Below, one piece after another: positions 1-10,186 of a DNA stretch of 32,586 nt (position 1 is the first letter of the stretch; the number at the start of each line of letters is the position of its first letter). The notes beneath the pieces were generated by a model. The model worked only from the letters and a program-made list of their open reading frames with translations. It was not told the DNA's origin and searched no databases. Origin of the DNA: Chiloscyllium plagiosum (Eukaryota). Location: positions 10,140,182 through 10,172,767 of the forward strand of contig NC_057750.1 of the NCBI RefSeq assembly GCF_004010195.1. The letters are read 5' to 3'. Both the position numbers and the translations under genes were made by a program.

Positions 1-555
1 GAGCAGGAGGGGTGAGGGAGTAGCAGAAAGGCAAGAGGAAGGTTAAAGGAGTGAAGAGGAACAAACGAGAGAAGTAAGGGAGGTTGCGGGAAAGGGAGAG
101 GTGGGTTTAGGAGTGGGAAGGGACAGGAAAAGGGGTTGTAGACAAGACAGAGGAAACGGAGAGTGGGAATGGAGGGGCACAGGAGGGGATTGGGGGGGGG
201 GGAAGAACACGGCCCCAGGGGTCTGTGAGAGTTATACTGAGGTGGGGTGTGAAGCCATCACCTTGGTCAGGTTGAATTGAGTAAAACTTAGTGGTGAGCC
301 AAACAGAAAAGCAATACCCCATATTCAGTCTGGCTGCCTTACCTGGCACAGTCAAAAGTCCACCAGTGTAATGGTCCTATTGTGGAATTGGAGTACAAGG
401 GAGGCTGTGAGCAAGGACGCGCAACTGTTGGAGCATTCAGTCTTGAACAGAAGGCTTGTCTCAATCCATTTGAAATGCTGAGTTTAATGATTGCAATTGC
501 AGCTGACCCTATGATTCTTGTGCATTCTGTATTTGGTCCCTTGCAGCTCCGTCAG

Positions 556-927
556 ATGGCTACACCCATGTCGGTTGTGCGACTGCCCAGGGGTCCCAAT
601 GGGCACAGCAGAGGCTTTGATCCGACCTCTCAGCGGTATCAGGCCCTGGCTCCCTCCTCCATCCAAGCCTCTACCAACGGCTGCCTCAAGGAGGAGCAGA
701 GGTCGCGGTCTACGCTTCGGGAACGCTTCCTGCGCAGCCTGATCGCAATGGCGGGGAAGACAGTGGACTTCACTATGTACGAGAGGGTCTCTGTCACTGC
801 CATATTTGCAGCGTCAGACATCGACATCCTGAACTTCCAGGTCTCTCACTTGCAGACGCCACTGGGCATTCAGAAGGAAGCGCTGTTGCGATGTCCAGAC
901 ATCATTGCCTATACGTTTAACCTTTGA
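556..927 (+). CDS. GEMIN7: Gem-associated protein 7 (SMN complex, Sm-like fold), complete single-exon CDS, 123 aa
   Basis: Translation MATPMSVVRLPRGPNGHSRGFDP...EQRSRSTLRERFLRSLIAM...FQVSHLQTPLGIQKEALLRCPDIIAYTF matches the recalled Gemin7 motifs (VLRLPRGP..SRGF, LRERYLRSL, LQTPIGVQ.EALLRC.DII). ATG at 556 follows a splice acceptor (tttggtcccttgcag, AG at 545-546), so the 58 codons upstream in the ORF track are not coding (intron plus a few nt of 5' UTR). Confidence 0.96.
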   Translation: MATPMSVVRLPRGPNGHSRGFDPTSQRYQALAPSSIQASTNGCLKEEQRSRSTLRERFLRSLIAMAGKTVDFTMYERVSVTAIFAASDIDILNFQVSHLQTPLGIQKEALLRCPDIIAYTFNL

Positions 928-1141
928 CCTTTCCTTGCTGTTTAAGAGCATGGAGATTAAACCCTTTTCATTGCCTGTGTTCATTCCAGGTCAAGTCTTG
1001 AGCCACACTGACAGAAACGACTGAAGAAATGTCGTTTTTCCCCGTGTGGGGGTTACTGGCAGACTGAGGTGTGGTAATCAGAGTTCACTGGTGTTAGTCA
1101 CAAACTGATCTTTAGTTTGAAAAGAACTGTACTCAAAATGC

Positions 1142-1147
1142 AATAAA
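1142..1147 (+). terminator. Probable GEMIN7 polyadenylation signal (AATAAA)
   Basis: AATAAA about 215 nt after the TGA, followed by GT/T-rich sequence and just before the first LINE fragment. Confidence 0.6.
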
Positions 1148-1277
1148 GGTTTGGATTATAAATCCAAGATTCTGAAGTTGTAGTCACTGTTCCCTGGTTT
1201 CACTTTAAAGCTGAAACCCCTTCTACCTTTCCACCAGCGAAACAGTGGGGATCTCTTTACTACTTTAATTTCTTGTT

Positions 1278-1710
1278 TGTTGCCAGGGTTGGAGGATTTG
1301 AGCAATAGGGAGAGGCTGAATAGGCTGGAGCTGTTTTCCATGGAGCGTCGGAGGCTGAGGGGTGACCTTATAGAGGTTTATAAAATCATGAGGGGATAGG
1401 ATAAATAGACAAGGTCTTTTCCCTGGGGAGGGGCAGTCCAGAACTAGAGGGTTTAGGGTGAGAGGGGAAAGATATAAAAGGGATCTCAGGGGAAACTTTT
1501 TCACACAGAGTGACGTGTGTATGGAATGAGTTACCAGAGGAAGTGGTGGAGGCTGGTACAATTATAACATTTAAAAGGCATCTGATGTGTATATGAGTAG
1601 AAAGTGTTGGAGGGATATGGGCCAAGTGCTGACAAATGGGACTAGATTAGGTTAAGATACCTGGTCAGCATGGATGAAGAGTCTGTTTCCGTGCTTTACG
1701 TCTCCAAAAC
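1278..1710 (+). mobile_element. CR1-clade (HER1-like) LINE, 5'-truncated 3' end
   Basis: Decayed ORF2 C-terminus (ERLNRLELFSMERRRLRGDLIEVYKIMRG, WNELPEEVVEAGT) plus the tctgtttccgtgct tail; closely similar to copies at 8398 and 9606. Confidence 0.85.
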
Positions 1711-1729
1711 TGTACAAGTTTTTAAAAGA

Positions 1730-2010
1730 AAAACAATCTGTATTTATGTAGCACCTTTAACTTCGTAAAACGATGTTAGACAGCAAACTTTGTCCACTGT
1801 GCCAACATCAGGCAATATTAGGACAGATGAGCAAAAATTTGACCAAAGAGGAAGTCTTTAAAAGACTTTTTAGGGTAGGATAAAAAAAAAAATCAGCAGC
1901 AAGGTCTTGGAAGGGAATTCTGGATCTTAAGGCCTTCCCACTGAGTTGGAACACAGATCCTGGAGGGTTCCGAGGTGGTGCCAGAGATAGGGAAGATCGA
2001 GAATACTAGA
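1730..2010 (-). mobile_element. Old L2-like LINE 3' fragment (appears to resume at ~2905-3180)
   Basis: Tail tgtatttatgtagcacctttaac and gggaattc...ttaaggcc resemble the L2-like fragment at 13750-14330. Confidence 0.45.
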
Positions 2011-2027
2011 GGTTTTTTTTTAAAATG

Positions 2028-2550
2028 TGGTTTATTATTGTCACAATGCAGCATAGGCAGACCATATAATACAAAGGGTGTTAGAACAGAGAGAGGGATA
2101 CAATGTTATGGCTATAGAGAAGGTGAACAAAGACAGAGTTCAACATTACATTTGAGCGGTCCGTTCGGAAGTCTAATAACACCGAGGAAAAAGCTGTTCT
2201 TGAATAATTTGGTACGTGTGTTTAAGCTTTTGTATCTTCTGCCTGACAGAAGAGATTATAACCGGGATGGGAGGGGTCTTTGATGATACGCTGGCTGCCT
2301 TCCCGAGGCAGCGAGAAATGTAGATGAGGTCAGTGGATGGAAGATTGGCTTGCCTGATGGACTGAGATGTGTTCACAACTCTCTCTGGTTCCTTACGGTT
2401 CTGGGCAGAGCAGTTGCCGTACCAAGCTCTGATGCATCCGTCCAGGATGCTTTCAATGGTGCATCTATCAAAATTGATGAAGAGTCTTCATGAACAAGCC
2501 GAATTTCTTTAGCTTCCTGAGGAAGTTAGAGACGTTATTGTGCTTTCTTG
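2028..2550 (-). mobile_element. Rex1/Babar-like LINE 3' end, decayed
   Basis: Minus strand encodes broken KKAQ.RL.FLRKLKKFG...F.RCTIESILDGCIRAWYGNCSAQ, the characteristic Rex1/Babar post-RT motif, and ends in a gacaataataaa tail. Confidence 0.75.
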
Positions 2551-2695
2551 AAAACGAAGGTGAGAATTATTTCAAATGTCTAATCGCGGAATAAAATCTA
2601 ATGTTGGACTAGTGAAATCTAATGTGCTTGGTGTTTGGCAAGCGTGGGTTGATTGAATACAGCCGTGTTTTGCCTGTGAGCAGCCAGAGAGAGAG

Positions 2696-2905
2696 AGAAC
2701 ATAGAACATAGAGAGCACAGTACAGGCCCTTCGGCCCTCGATTTTGCGCTGACCTGTGAAACCAATCTGAAGCCCATCTAACCTACACTATTCCATTCTC
2801 ATCCATATGTTTACCTAGTGACCGTTTAAAGTTGACGAGTCTACTACTGCTGCAGGCAGGGCATTCCACGCCCTCACTACTCTCTGAGTAAAGATCCTGT
2901 CTGAC
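2696..2905 (-). mobile_element. CR1-like LINE extreme 3' tail
   Basis: agaacatagaacatag tail repeat, caggcccttcggccc stem-loop, and ggcagggcattccac (W-N-A-L-P on the minus strand). Confidence 0.7.
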
Positions 2906-3687
2906 ACGGAATGAGTGGGTTGTTGCATGACACTGTAGATCAGCAAGCAAAGGGGTGGGGGTGATTGAAATTTGTTGTTGCACGTTCCGATGAGGGCAGC
3001 AGAGTTTTGGTTGACTTGCGTTTCCAGAGGGTGGAACCTGGAGTGGACTTCAATCGTCGGGTCGAGGTGGAATGGGTGAGAGATTTGGCAGAAGATGAGC
3101 TGGAACAGGTGAAATCAAGTGATCTTGCGGAGGTGGGAATAGGTGTAATTAAGTGATATTCTGAACTCAAATTTGGAGTCATCTGATCTACACTTTGTTA
3201 CATTTGTACCCCAAGATTCAAAATTGTCAGCAAAACAAAGGCACTGACACAGGCAGGATAGGCTGAATGGCCTCTTGCACTGTGAGATTCATTCCCTGCC
3301 TGACTGTCATTGCCTTAGATTGTTCAAAAGGCCACTTGCTTTGTGGTATTCTAGCCTAATGGTAAAAATGAAGAAGGTGGGGACTGCATCTTGGCTCTGT
3401 GCATGAATGGAAAGAGAGTTTGGAAGTTAAAAAGAAACAAACTTGGGAATCCTGAAATTGCAAACTGTTTAATAGCATGGTCCAAAGCTACCAAAGCAAT
3501 CAAGGTGATCTCAGCCTGTTAATGGCAGCCTCGTACTATACATCCCCAGTACGATACCAGGCCCAAAGTTAAAATGTCCCAGCATCTACAATCCATGGGG
3601 AAGTACCGATCCGGGAGGATAACCATTTTGGGTATTGCTGGCTTTTTTTCCAAATGTGAGTAAGTCGTAAGTATCACAGTTTGTGAC

Positions 3688-3854
3688 AAAATTGCTGGAA
3701 AAGCTCAGCAGCTCTGGCAGCATCCGTAGAGTTAACCTTTCGGGGTCAAGTGACCAGGGGATCTGAGGAAGGGTCACTCAACCCAAAGCATTAACTCTCG
3801 ATTTCTCTCCACAGGTACTGCCAGACCTGCTGATTTTATTTTTTCCAGCAATTT
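3688..3854. mobile_element. Fold-back (inverted) Penelope-like terminal-repeat element with decayed hammerhead core
   Basis: Ends aaattgctggaaaa / ttttccagcaattt are reverse complements. CTGAGGA-A-GGGTC-ACTC-AACCC-AAAGCATT starts at 3763. Confidence 0.6.
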
Positions 3855-4044
3855 CTGTTTTCAGTTTCAAAGGTTGCAAATTGGTTTGCAGGGAGAAAGC
3901 CTGAAACATGGAGTGACGGATAAAGGGGTAGATTCTGCCCATTTTCTATTGTCAAAAGGTGCACTAGCTTTATAGTAAAGGTACCTCGAGGTAAGAGTGA
4001 CCATAATACAATAGGAGTTTTAGATATTTTCTCATCAACCTGTT

Positions 4045-4110
4045 CAGAGACATTATACATCCCTCTGGAACCCTGGCCAGAGACATTATACATCCCTCTG
4101 GAACCCTGGC
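4045..4110. repeat. Exact 33-bp tandem duplication inside a minus-strand short-SINE tail
   Basis: cagagacattatacatccctctggaaccctggc occurs twice (4045-4077, 4078-4110). 4022-4070 is the reverse complement of the SINE tail seen at 24970-25018. Confidence 0.9.
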
Positions 4111-4637
4111 TTTCTGATTTGGGATTTTACACTCTGTTTCACAGTGATAGAATGAAGTGCAGAACAAGAGACTTGTATCAACAAGTAACAAGTTGCCTGA
4201 GGTAAATGGGGTAAATCCAAAGGAATGTATGGCCACTGGCATTTAAAAGAATTTGTAGTTGGTTTTCCATAGATAGTCCTTGAAGGCACAGAAGAGTAGT
4301 CGACTGTGACTTAACAATCGTGGAGGGTTGTAATGCAAAAGGCAGCCATTCGGCCTGTTACTTTTGTGCTAGCTTACTGCAAGCAGATTTGTGAAAGAAT
4401 ATCAGTTTGAAGACTGGTCTAACAATGTAGCCACAAAGCATAGTAAACCCGAGGGTTGAGAAGAGGTTAAAATTCAGCAAAGGCGAATTTGGAGAGGAAA
4501 GGCAATAGACAAGCAAGAGATGTAAATTAGAGATTAAAACACGTAAGTGTGATTCCATTTCAGACACATCCAGGTGAAAATATAATGGAGAAGAAGGAAA
4601 TGGTGACATTAAACTCATATTTTGCCACTCTTCATCT

Positions 4638-4818
4638 TTGAATCCCTACAGCATGGAAGCCGGCCATTCAACCCATCAAGTCCACACTGACCCTCTGAAG
4701 AACATTCCACCCAGACCCACCCTATCCCTGTGACCCTGCAATTCCCATGGCTAACCCACCTAGCCTGCACATCCCTGGACACTTTTGGCAAAATAGCCTG
4801 GCCACTCCGTCTAACCTG
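4638..4818 (-). mobile_element. HE1-like SINE 3' portion
   Basis: gaatccctacagcatggaagccggccattc...ccctatccctgtgaccctgca...cctgcacatccctggacac; same tail as the other HE1-like copies. Confidence 0.75.
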
Positions 4819-5276
4819 GTAAAAATCCTGGAAGAAATGGAGACCTAATGAGTGAGGAATTGAAACAAATCGTTATAAATAAAGAAATGGTACTGGGTAA
4901 ATAACAGAATCAGGGTGGTGACAGATCCCCTTGCCCTGCCAACTTGCATTTTGGGCTTTAAAACCCTGAACTGCAGAAGTGGTCGATGCCATGGATTTTG
5001 TTCATGCAGAATGCCTTAGATTCTAGGATTAGAAAGCCACAAACATGACCTCATCATGAAATGAGGAAGAGTAAAAGGAGAACCAACAGTCTTGTGTTGT
5101 GGTGGTTTGTGTTTCTTGTCTTTTAAGATTGATATGAGGAGTAATCTCTTTGTTCAGAAGGTTATGAATCTTTGGTGCTGTGGTAAGATGGAGTGGTGAA
5201 AGAAAGGTGGTGATGTTGCAATATTGATCATGGCACGAAGGAGGTAAACAGTTTAGAAGGCTTCTGAAGCTGGGAG

Positions 5277-5600
5277 AATTGAATTGAATAGAACTTATTG
5301 TCACATGTACCGAGGCACAGTGAAAAGCTTTGTCTTGCGAGCAATACAGGCAGATCACAGAGTGAAGTCGCATAGATAAGTAAATAATAGGTAAACAGCA
5401 GCAAAACAAAATCACAAGGTACAAGCGAATGTTTAAGAGTTTGTGAGTCAATTCAGTATTCGAACAACAGTAGGGTAGAAACTGTTTCAAAACCAGCTGG
5501 TGCGTGTGTTCAGGCTTCCGTACCTTCTCCCCGATGGTAGATGTTGTAGAAAAACATTGCCAGGGTGGGAGGGATCTTTGAGAATGCTGGCGGCCTTTCC
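5277..5600 (-). mobile_element. Rex1/Babar-like LINE 3' end (second copy)
   Basis: (gaatt)n tail, ttattgtcacatgtaccgagg, and minus-strand KAASILKDPSHPGNVFLQHLPSGRRYGSLNTRT; similar to 2028-2550. Confidence 0.75.
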
Positions 5601-5604
5601 TTGG

Positions 5605-5783
5605 AGAAAGTGAGGACCGCAGATGCTGGAGATCAGAGTCGAGAGTGTGGTGCTGGAAAAGCACAGCAGGTCTGGCGGCATCCAAGGAGCAGGAGAATCG
5701 ATGTTTCGGGCATCCGCCCTTCATCAGGAACTCCTGATGAAGGATTTATGCCCAAAACGTCAATTCTCCTACTCCTCGGATGC
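5605..5783. mobile_element. Penelope-like terminal repeat in back-to-back inverted arrangement, with two hammerhead-like cores
   Basis: Inverted repeat 5678-5783 (52-bp arms, centre 5730/5731). CTGATGA at 5734-5740 (+) and 5727-5721 (-). Confidence 0.7.
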
Positions 5784-5952
5784 GACCTCATCTTCTCAAA
5801 TAAAGCCATTTAGATACAATTAAAAACAACAAGTGCCAACCATATTTTATGGAGTGTACACTCTTAATTATCTGCAGATTTGCTATCCATGGATCTATGT
5901 CCATGTGAGATTGGCCCCAGTCCTGATTTTACATTTTCCTAATAGACATTCC

Positions 5953-6407
5953 GTAGAATGCCTAAAGTGTGGAAAGAGGCCATTTGGCCTATCAAGTCCA
6001 CACAATGATCCTCCAAACAGCATCCCATTCCATAGACGGAAGTGAGGACTGGAGATGAGAGTCAAGATCAGAGCGGTGCTGAAAAAGCACAGCAGGTCAG
6101 GCAGCATCCGAGGAGCAGGAAAATCAACGTTTCGGGCAGGAGCCCTTCCCATCACATCCCCTATCCCCGTAACCCTGCATTTCCTGTGGCAGATCCACCT
6201 CACCTGCACGTCATGAGGCAATTTAGCATGGCCAATCCACCTAATCTGCACAACTTTGGACTGTGGGAGGAAACCAGAGCACCTGGAGGAAGCTCACACA
6301 GACACAGGGAGAACATGCAAGCTCCATACAAATAGTCACCCAAGGCTGGAATTGAACCCAGTTCTCTGGTACTGTGAGGCAGCAGTGCAAACCACTGAGC
6401 TACTGTG
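5953..6407 (-). mobile_element. HE1-like V-SINE interrupted by a Penelope-like end (~6039-6148)
   Basis: Minus strand has A box (tagctcagtgg), B box (ggttcaattcc) and V-domain. The insert gctgaaaaagcacagcaggtcaggcagcatccgaggagcagg...gtttcgggcaggagcccttc matches 5650-5722. Confidence 0.8.
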
Positions 6408-6835
6408 GTAGAAAGGGACTTTTCTATTTTAGCACTATCTGCATTTTTTGTGTTTTCTGTGCAAATTCTGTGCCCCATTCCCCTGTGGGTAACAAGAACT
6501 TAGTTTATTATAAACATCCCTACATTGTAAAGGAGCGATGGAAATTTTCTGATATTTAGGCAAATTTCAGGGTAATAAGGGTAATAGGGTAATAAGAACG
6601 AAGTTCAACTTGTCCAATATTAATTGGGATAGACATAATGTGAAAGGTTTAATGGGTGTAAAAGTCTAAAACCGTATCCAGGAGAGCTTTTTAAGCCAGC
6701 ACATTGCAAGTCCTACAGGAGAGGGAACTAATTTTAGGGAACAAAGTATCTGTGGAGGGCAATTTTGGGAATTGTGATCATAAACCAAGTTAGTTATGGA
6801 AGAGGACAAAGATGGACCAGAAGTAAAGGATGAGA

Positions 6836-7160
6836 GTGGTATGGTGGCTCAGTGGTTATCACTGCTACCTCACAGTGGCAGGGACTCAGGTTGGATTCCA
6901 GCGTTGGGCGACTGTGTGTGGAGTTTGCACATCTCCCCATGCCTGTGTGGGTTTCCTCCAGGTATTCCTGTTTCCTCCCACAGACCAAAGATGTGCTGGT
7001 TAAAGCAAATTGCCCCATAATGTCCATGGATGTGCAGGCTAGCCATGGGGAATGCAAGGTGACAGGGATAGGGATGTGTCTAGGTGAGATGATCTTCAGC
7101 GTGTCGGTGGCTCGATGGGCCAAATGGCCTGCTTCCATACTTTAGGAATTCCATGATTTT
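6836..7160 (+). mobile_element. HE1-like tRNA-derived V-SINE
   Basis: A box tggctcagtgg, B box ggttggattcc, V-domain tgtgtggagtttgcacatctccccat...gtttcctcccacag, LINE-like tail. Confidence 0.85.
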
Positions 7161-7227
7161 CTAAAGGTTCTGAATTGGGGTCAGGCCAATTTTAATATGA
7201 TAGAATAGGATCTGGGAGCAGCTATAT

Positions 7228-7516
7228 TGGATTAGGTTCACTACAGTTTGGAAACAGGCCCTTCAGCCCAACCAGTCCACACTGACCCTCCAAAGAGTTA
7301 CCGACCCCCCTCTGACTAACGCACCCAATACTATGGGCAATTTAGCACGGCCAATTCACCTGACCTGCACATCTTTGGACTGTGGGAGGAAACCAGAGCA
7401 TCCAGAGGAAACCCACGCAGACACGGGGAGAATGTGTAAACTCCACACACAGTCACCTAAGGCTGGGATCCTGGTGCTGTGAGGCAGCAGAGCTAACCAC
7501 TGAGCCACCATACCAT
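7228..7516 (-). mobile_element. HE1-like V-SINE
   Basis: Reverse complement of the same head, V-domain and tail. Confidence 0.85.
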
Positions 7517-8047
7517 CCCTACTTGTCAGAAAATCTACATCAGAGCAGTGGGAGTCCTCAAAAAGGAAATAGCGAGTGTGCAGGATCAACATATTCATTT
7601 AAAAGTGAAAGATGGGACCAACAAGTCCAGAGAACCTTGGATGTCAAAGGATTTACAGAATTGGATAAGGAAAGCAATGGGGAGGCTCAAGGCAGTGGAT
7701 ACCTGAGAGTATAGCAAGGGCTTAAAAAAGAAATGAGAGTGAAGAGGGGGCATGAGAAACCAATGGCAGGTAAAATAAAGGACATTAGGGACAAGAGGAT
7801 AACAAGGGGAAAGAGTAGGACACATTAGGGATCAAATTGGCAATCTGTGTATGGAGCCGGAAGAGATAGGTGAAGCTTTTAATGAGTACATAGCATCTGT
7901 ATTCCCTACAGAGAAGGACACTGTAAGTATATATTTCATGGCAACGTCTGTAATGTACTTGAACAAATTAGCATTGAGTGAAAAGAAGTCTTAGCAATTT
8001 TAGCAGGCTTAAAATTGGGTAAAACCTCAGGCCTTGATGAGGCAAAA

Positions 8048-8157
8048 TTAAAAATCACACAACACCAGGTTTTGGTCCAACAGGTTTAGTTGGAAGTACA
8101 AGCTTGTAGTTCCAATTAAACCTGTTGGACTATAACGTGGTGTTGCATGATTTTTAA
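8048..8157. repeat. 110-bp near-perfect palindrome (probable fold-back Penelope-like end)
   Basis: ttaaaaatcacacaacaccaggttttggtccaacaggtttagttggaagtaca-AGCT-tgtagttccaattaaacctgttggactataacgtggtgttgcatgatttttaa; the arms are ungapped reverse complements centred at 8102/8103. Confidence 0.85.
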
Positions 8158-8397
8158 CTTGGTCCACTCCAGTCCAACACATTGTGAAAGGCAAAGGGAG
8201 GGATTACAGTCTAACGTTAATTTTCAAACACTCTCTGGCCAACAGAAAAGGATGACTAATGTGGTATCATTATTCAAGAAGGGTTGTGGGGATAAACTGG
8301 GAAACTACAGGTCAATGAATCTAACATCAGTGGTAGGGAAATGAGTGAAAAATATTCTGAGGGACAGAATTAATTAACACTTGGTGAGGCAAGGATT

Positions 8398-8919
8398 ATT
8401 GTGGCTCCCTGCTATAGGAAGGATGTTGTGAAACTTGAAAGGGTTCAGAAAAGATTTACAAGGATGTTGCAAGAGTTAGAGGGTTTGAGCGACAAGGAGA
8501 GGCTGAATAGGCTGGGGCTGTTTTCCCTGGAGTGTCGGAGGCTGAGGAGTGACCTTACAGAGGTTTATAAAATAATAGGGGCATGGATAGGGTGAATAGC
8601 CAAGGTCTCTTCCCCAGGTAGGGGAGTCCAAAACTAGAGGACATAGGTTTAAGGTGAGAGGAGAAAGATTTAAAAGAGACCTAAGGGGCAACTTTTTGAT
8701 GTATGCATGGGTGTTTGTATGGAATGAGCTGCCAGAGGCGGTGGTTGAGGCTGATACAATTCTAACATTTAAAAGGCATCTTGGTGGATGTACAAATAGG
8801 AAGGGTTTAGAGGGATATGAGCCAAATGCTGACAAATGAGACTAGGTTAATATCTGGTCAGCATGGATGAGTTGGATTGAAGGCTCTGTTTCCGTGCTGT
8901 ACATCTCCATGACTCTATG
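8398..8919 (+). mobile_element. HER1/CR1-like LINE 3' end nested in the older CR1
   Basis: WAPCYRKDVVKLERVQKRFTRML.ELEGLS.KERLNRLGLFSLE.RRLR.DL.EVYKI; tail ctgtttccgtgctgtacatctccatgactctatg. Confidence 0.88.
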
Positions 8920-9605
8920 GTCGTGTGGTAAATGTTGAGGAGGAAAGCCTTAGATTACAGGAAGATACAGTCAGGCTGGTCAGATGAGCTGAACAGTGGT
9001 AGATGGAATTTAATTCTGAAAAGTGTGGAGTATGAATGGTAGGATCCTAGGAAGTACAGAAGATCAAAGGGACCTTTTATGTGCATGTCCATAGATCCTT
9101 GAAGGTAGAACAGGTAGGTAAGGTCATTAAGGAGGCATATGGGATTTTTGCCTTTATTAGTCAAGGCATTGAGTACAAGAGCCAAGAGGTTATGATGGAA
9201 CTGTAGATGGTTTTATTTCGACCACTGCTGAAGTACTATGTGCACGTCTGGTTGTCGTACTATAGGAAGGTTGTGATTGGTTTAGAGAAAGGACATAGAG
9301 GAGGTTTACCTGGACTAAAGTGATTCAGCTTTGAAGAGAGATTACAAAGGCTGGGGTGTTTTCCTCAGGGCAGAGAGGGCTTAGGGGTCCTATTTGAGGT
9401 GTACAAAATTGAAGAGGTATAGATCGTGTAGATTGGAAGAAACTTTTCCCCTTAGTACAGGGATCAGTAACCAGAGGACATGAATTTGAGGTAAGGGACA
9501 AGAGGTTCAGAGGTAATTTATTGAAGAATTTTCTCAACCAGATGGTGGTGAGTATCTGGACCTCACTGCCTAAAATGGATAGAGATTGGGTTTTAGATTA
9601 GATTA

Positions 9606-10085
9606 GAAACTTGAAAGGGTTCAGAAAAGATTTACAAGGATGTTGCCAGATTTGGAGGATTTGAGCTATAGGGAGAGGCTGAACAGGCTCGGGCTGTTTT
9701 CCTGAGGAGTGACCTTGTAGAGGTTTACAAAACCATGAGGGGCATGGATAGATAAATAGACAAAGTATTTTACCTGAGGTCCGGGAGTCCAGAACTAGAG
9801 GGCATAGGTTTAGGGTGAGAGGGGAAAGATATAAAAGAGACCTAAGGGGTAACTTTTTCACACAGAGCATGGTACGAGTATGGAATGAGCTGCCAGAGGA
9901 AGTGGTGGAGGTGAGTACAATTGCAACATTTAAAAGGCATCTGAATGGGTGGATGAATAGGAAGGTTTGGATGGATATGAGCTGAGTGCTGGCAGGTGGG
10001 ACAAGATTGGGTTGGGATATCTGGATGGCAATGACGGGTTGGACCAAAGGGTCTGTTTCTGTGCTGTACATCCCTATGACTCTAC
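9606..10085 (+). mobile_element. HER1/CR1-like LINE 3' end
   Basis: Same family as 1278 and 8398 (gaaacttgaaagggttcagaaaagatttacaaggatgttgcc ... tacatccctatgactcta). Confidence 0.85.
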
Positions 10086-10186
10086 GGGAACCATCACAAC
10101 ATTTAAAAAGCATTTAGGTGTACACTTTATTTGCCACAGCATACAAGACTACAAGCCAACTGCGAGGAGATGGGGCTAAGGTATAT

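Larger units (their letters stand above)
6500..9590 (+). mobile_element. Old, heavily decayed CR1-clade LINE ORF2 broken by younger insertions
   Basis: Residual motifs NVVSLFKKG.GDKLGNYRSMNLTSVVGK (8255-8340), LQEDTVRLVR*AEQW*MEFNSEKC (~8955-9025) and AYGIFAFISQGIEYKS (~9135-9180) occur in the expected CR1 order. Outer limits are uncertain. Confidence 0.7.

Noticed and set aside
382..555. N-terminal extension of GEMIN7 suggested by the 181-aa ORF
   Set aside because: Starts at a non-ATG codon, has no Gemin7 similarity, and ends in a splice acceptor just before the ATG at 556.
5029..5724. 231-aa minus-strand ORF
   Set aside because: Runs across unrelated repeat fragments (Penelope-like end, Rex1-like tail); a chance open frame.
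6836..6905. tRNA genes at SINE heads (also 13325 and 27820)
   Set aside because: A and B boxes run directly into V-domain and LINE-like tails with no complete cloverleaf.
6500..9590. Active LINE reverse transcriptase gene
   Set aside because: Multiple stops, frameshifts, large deletions and nested insertions.
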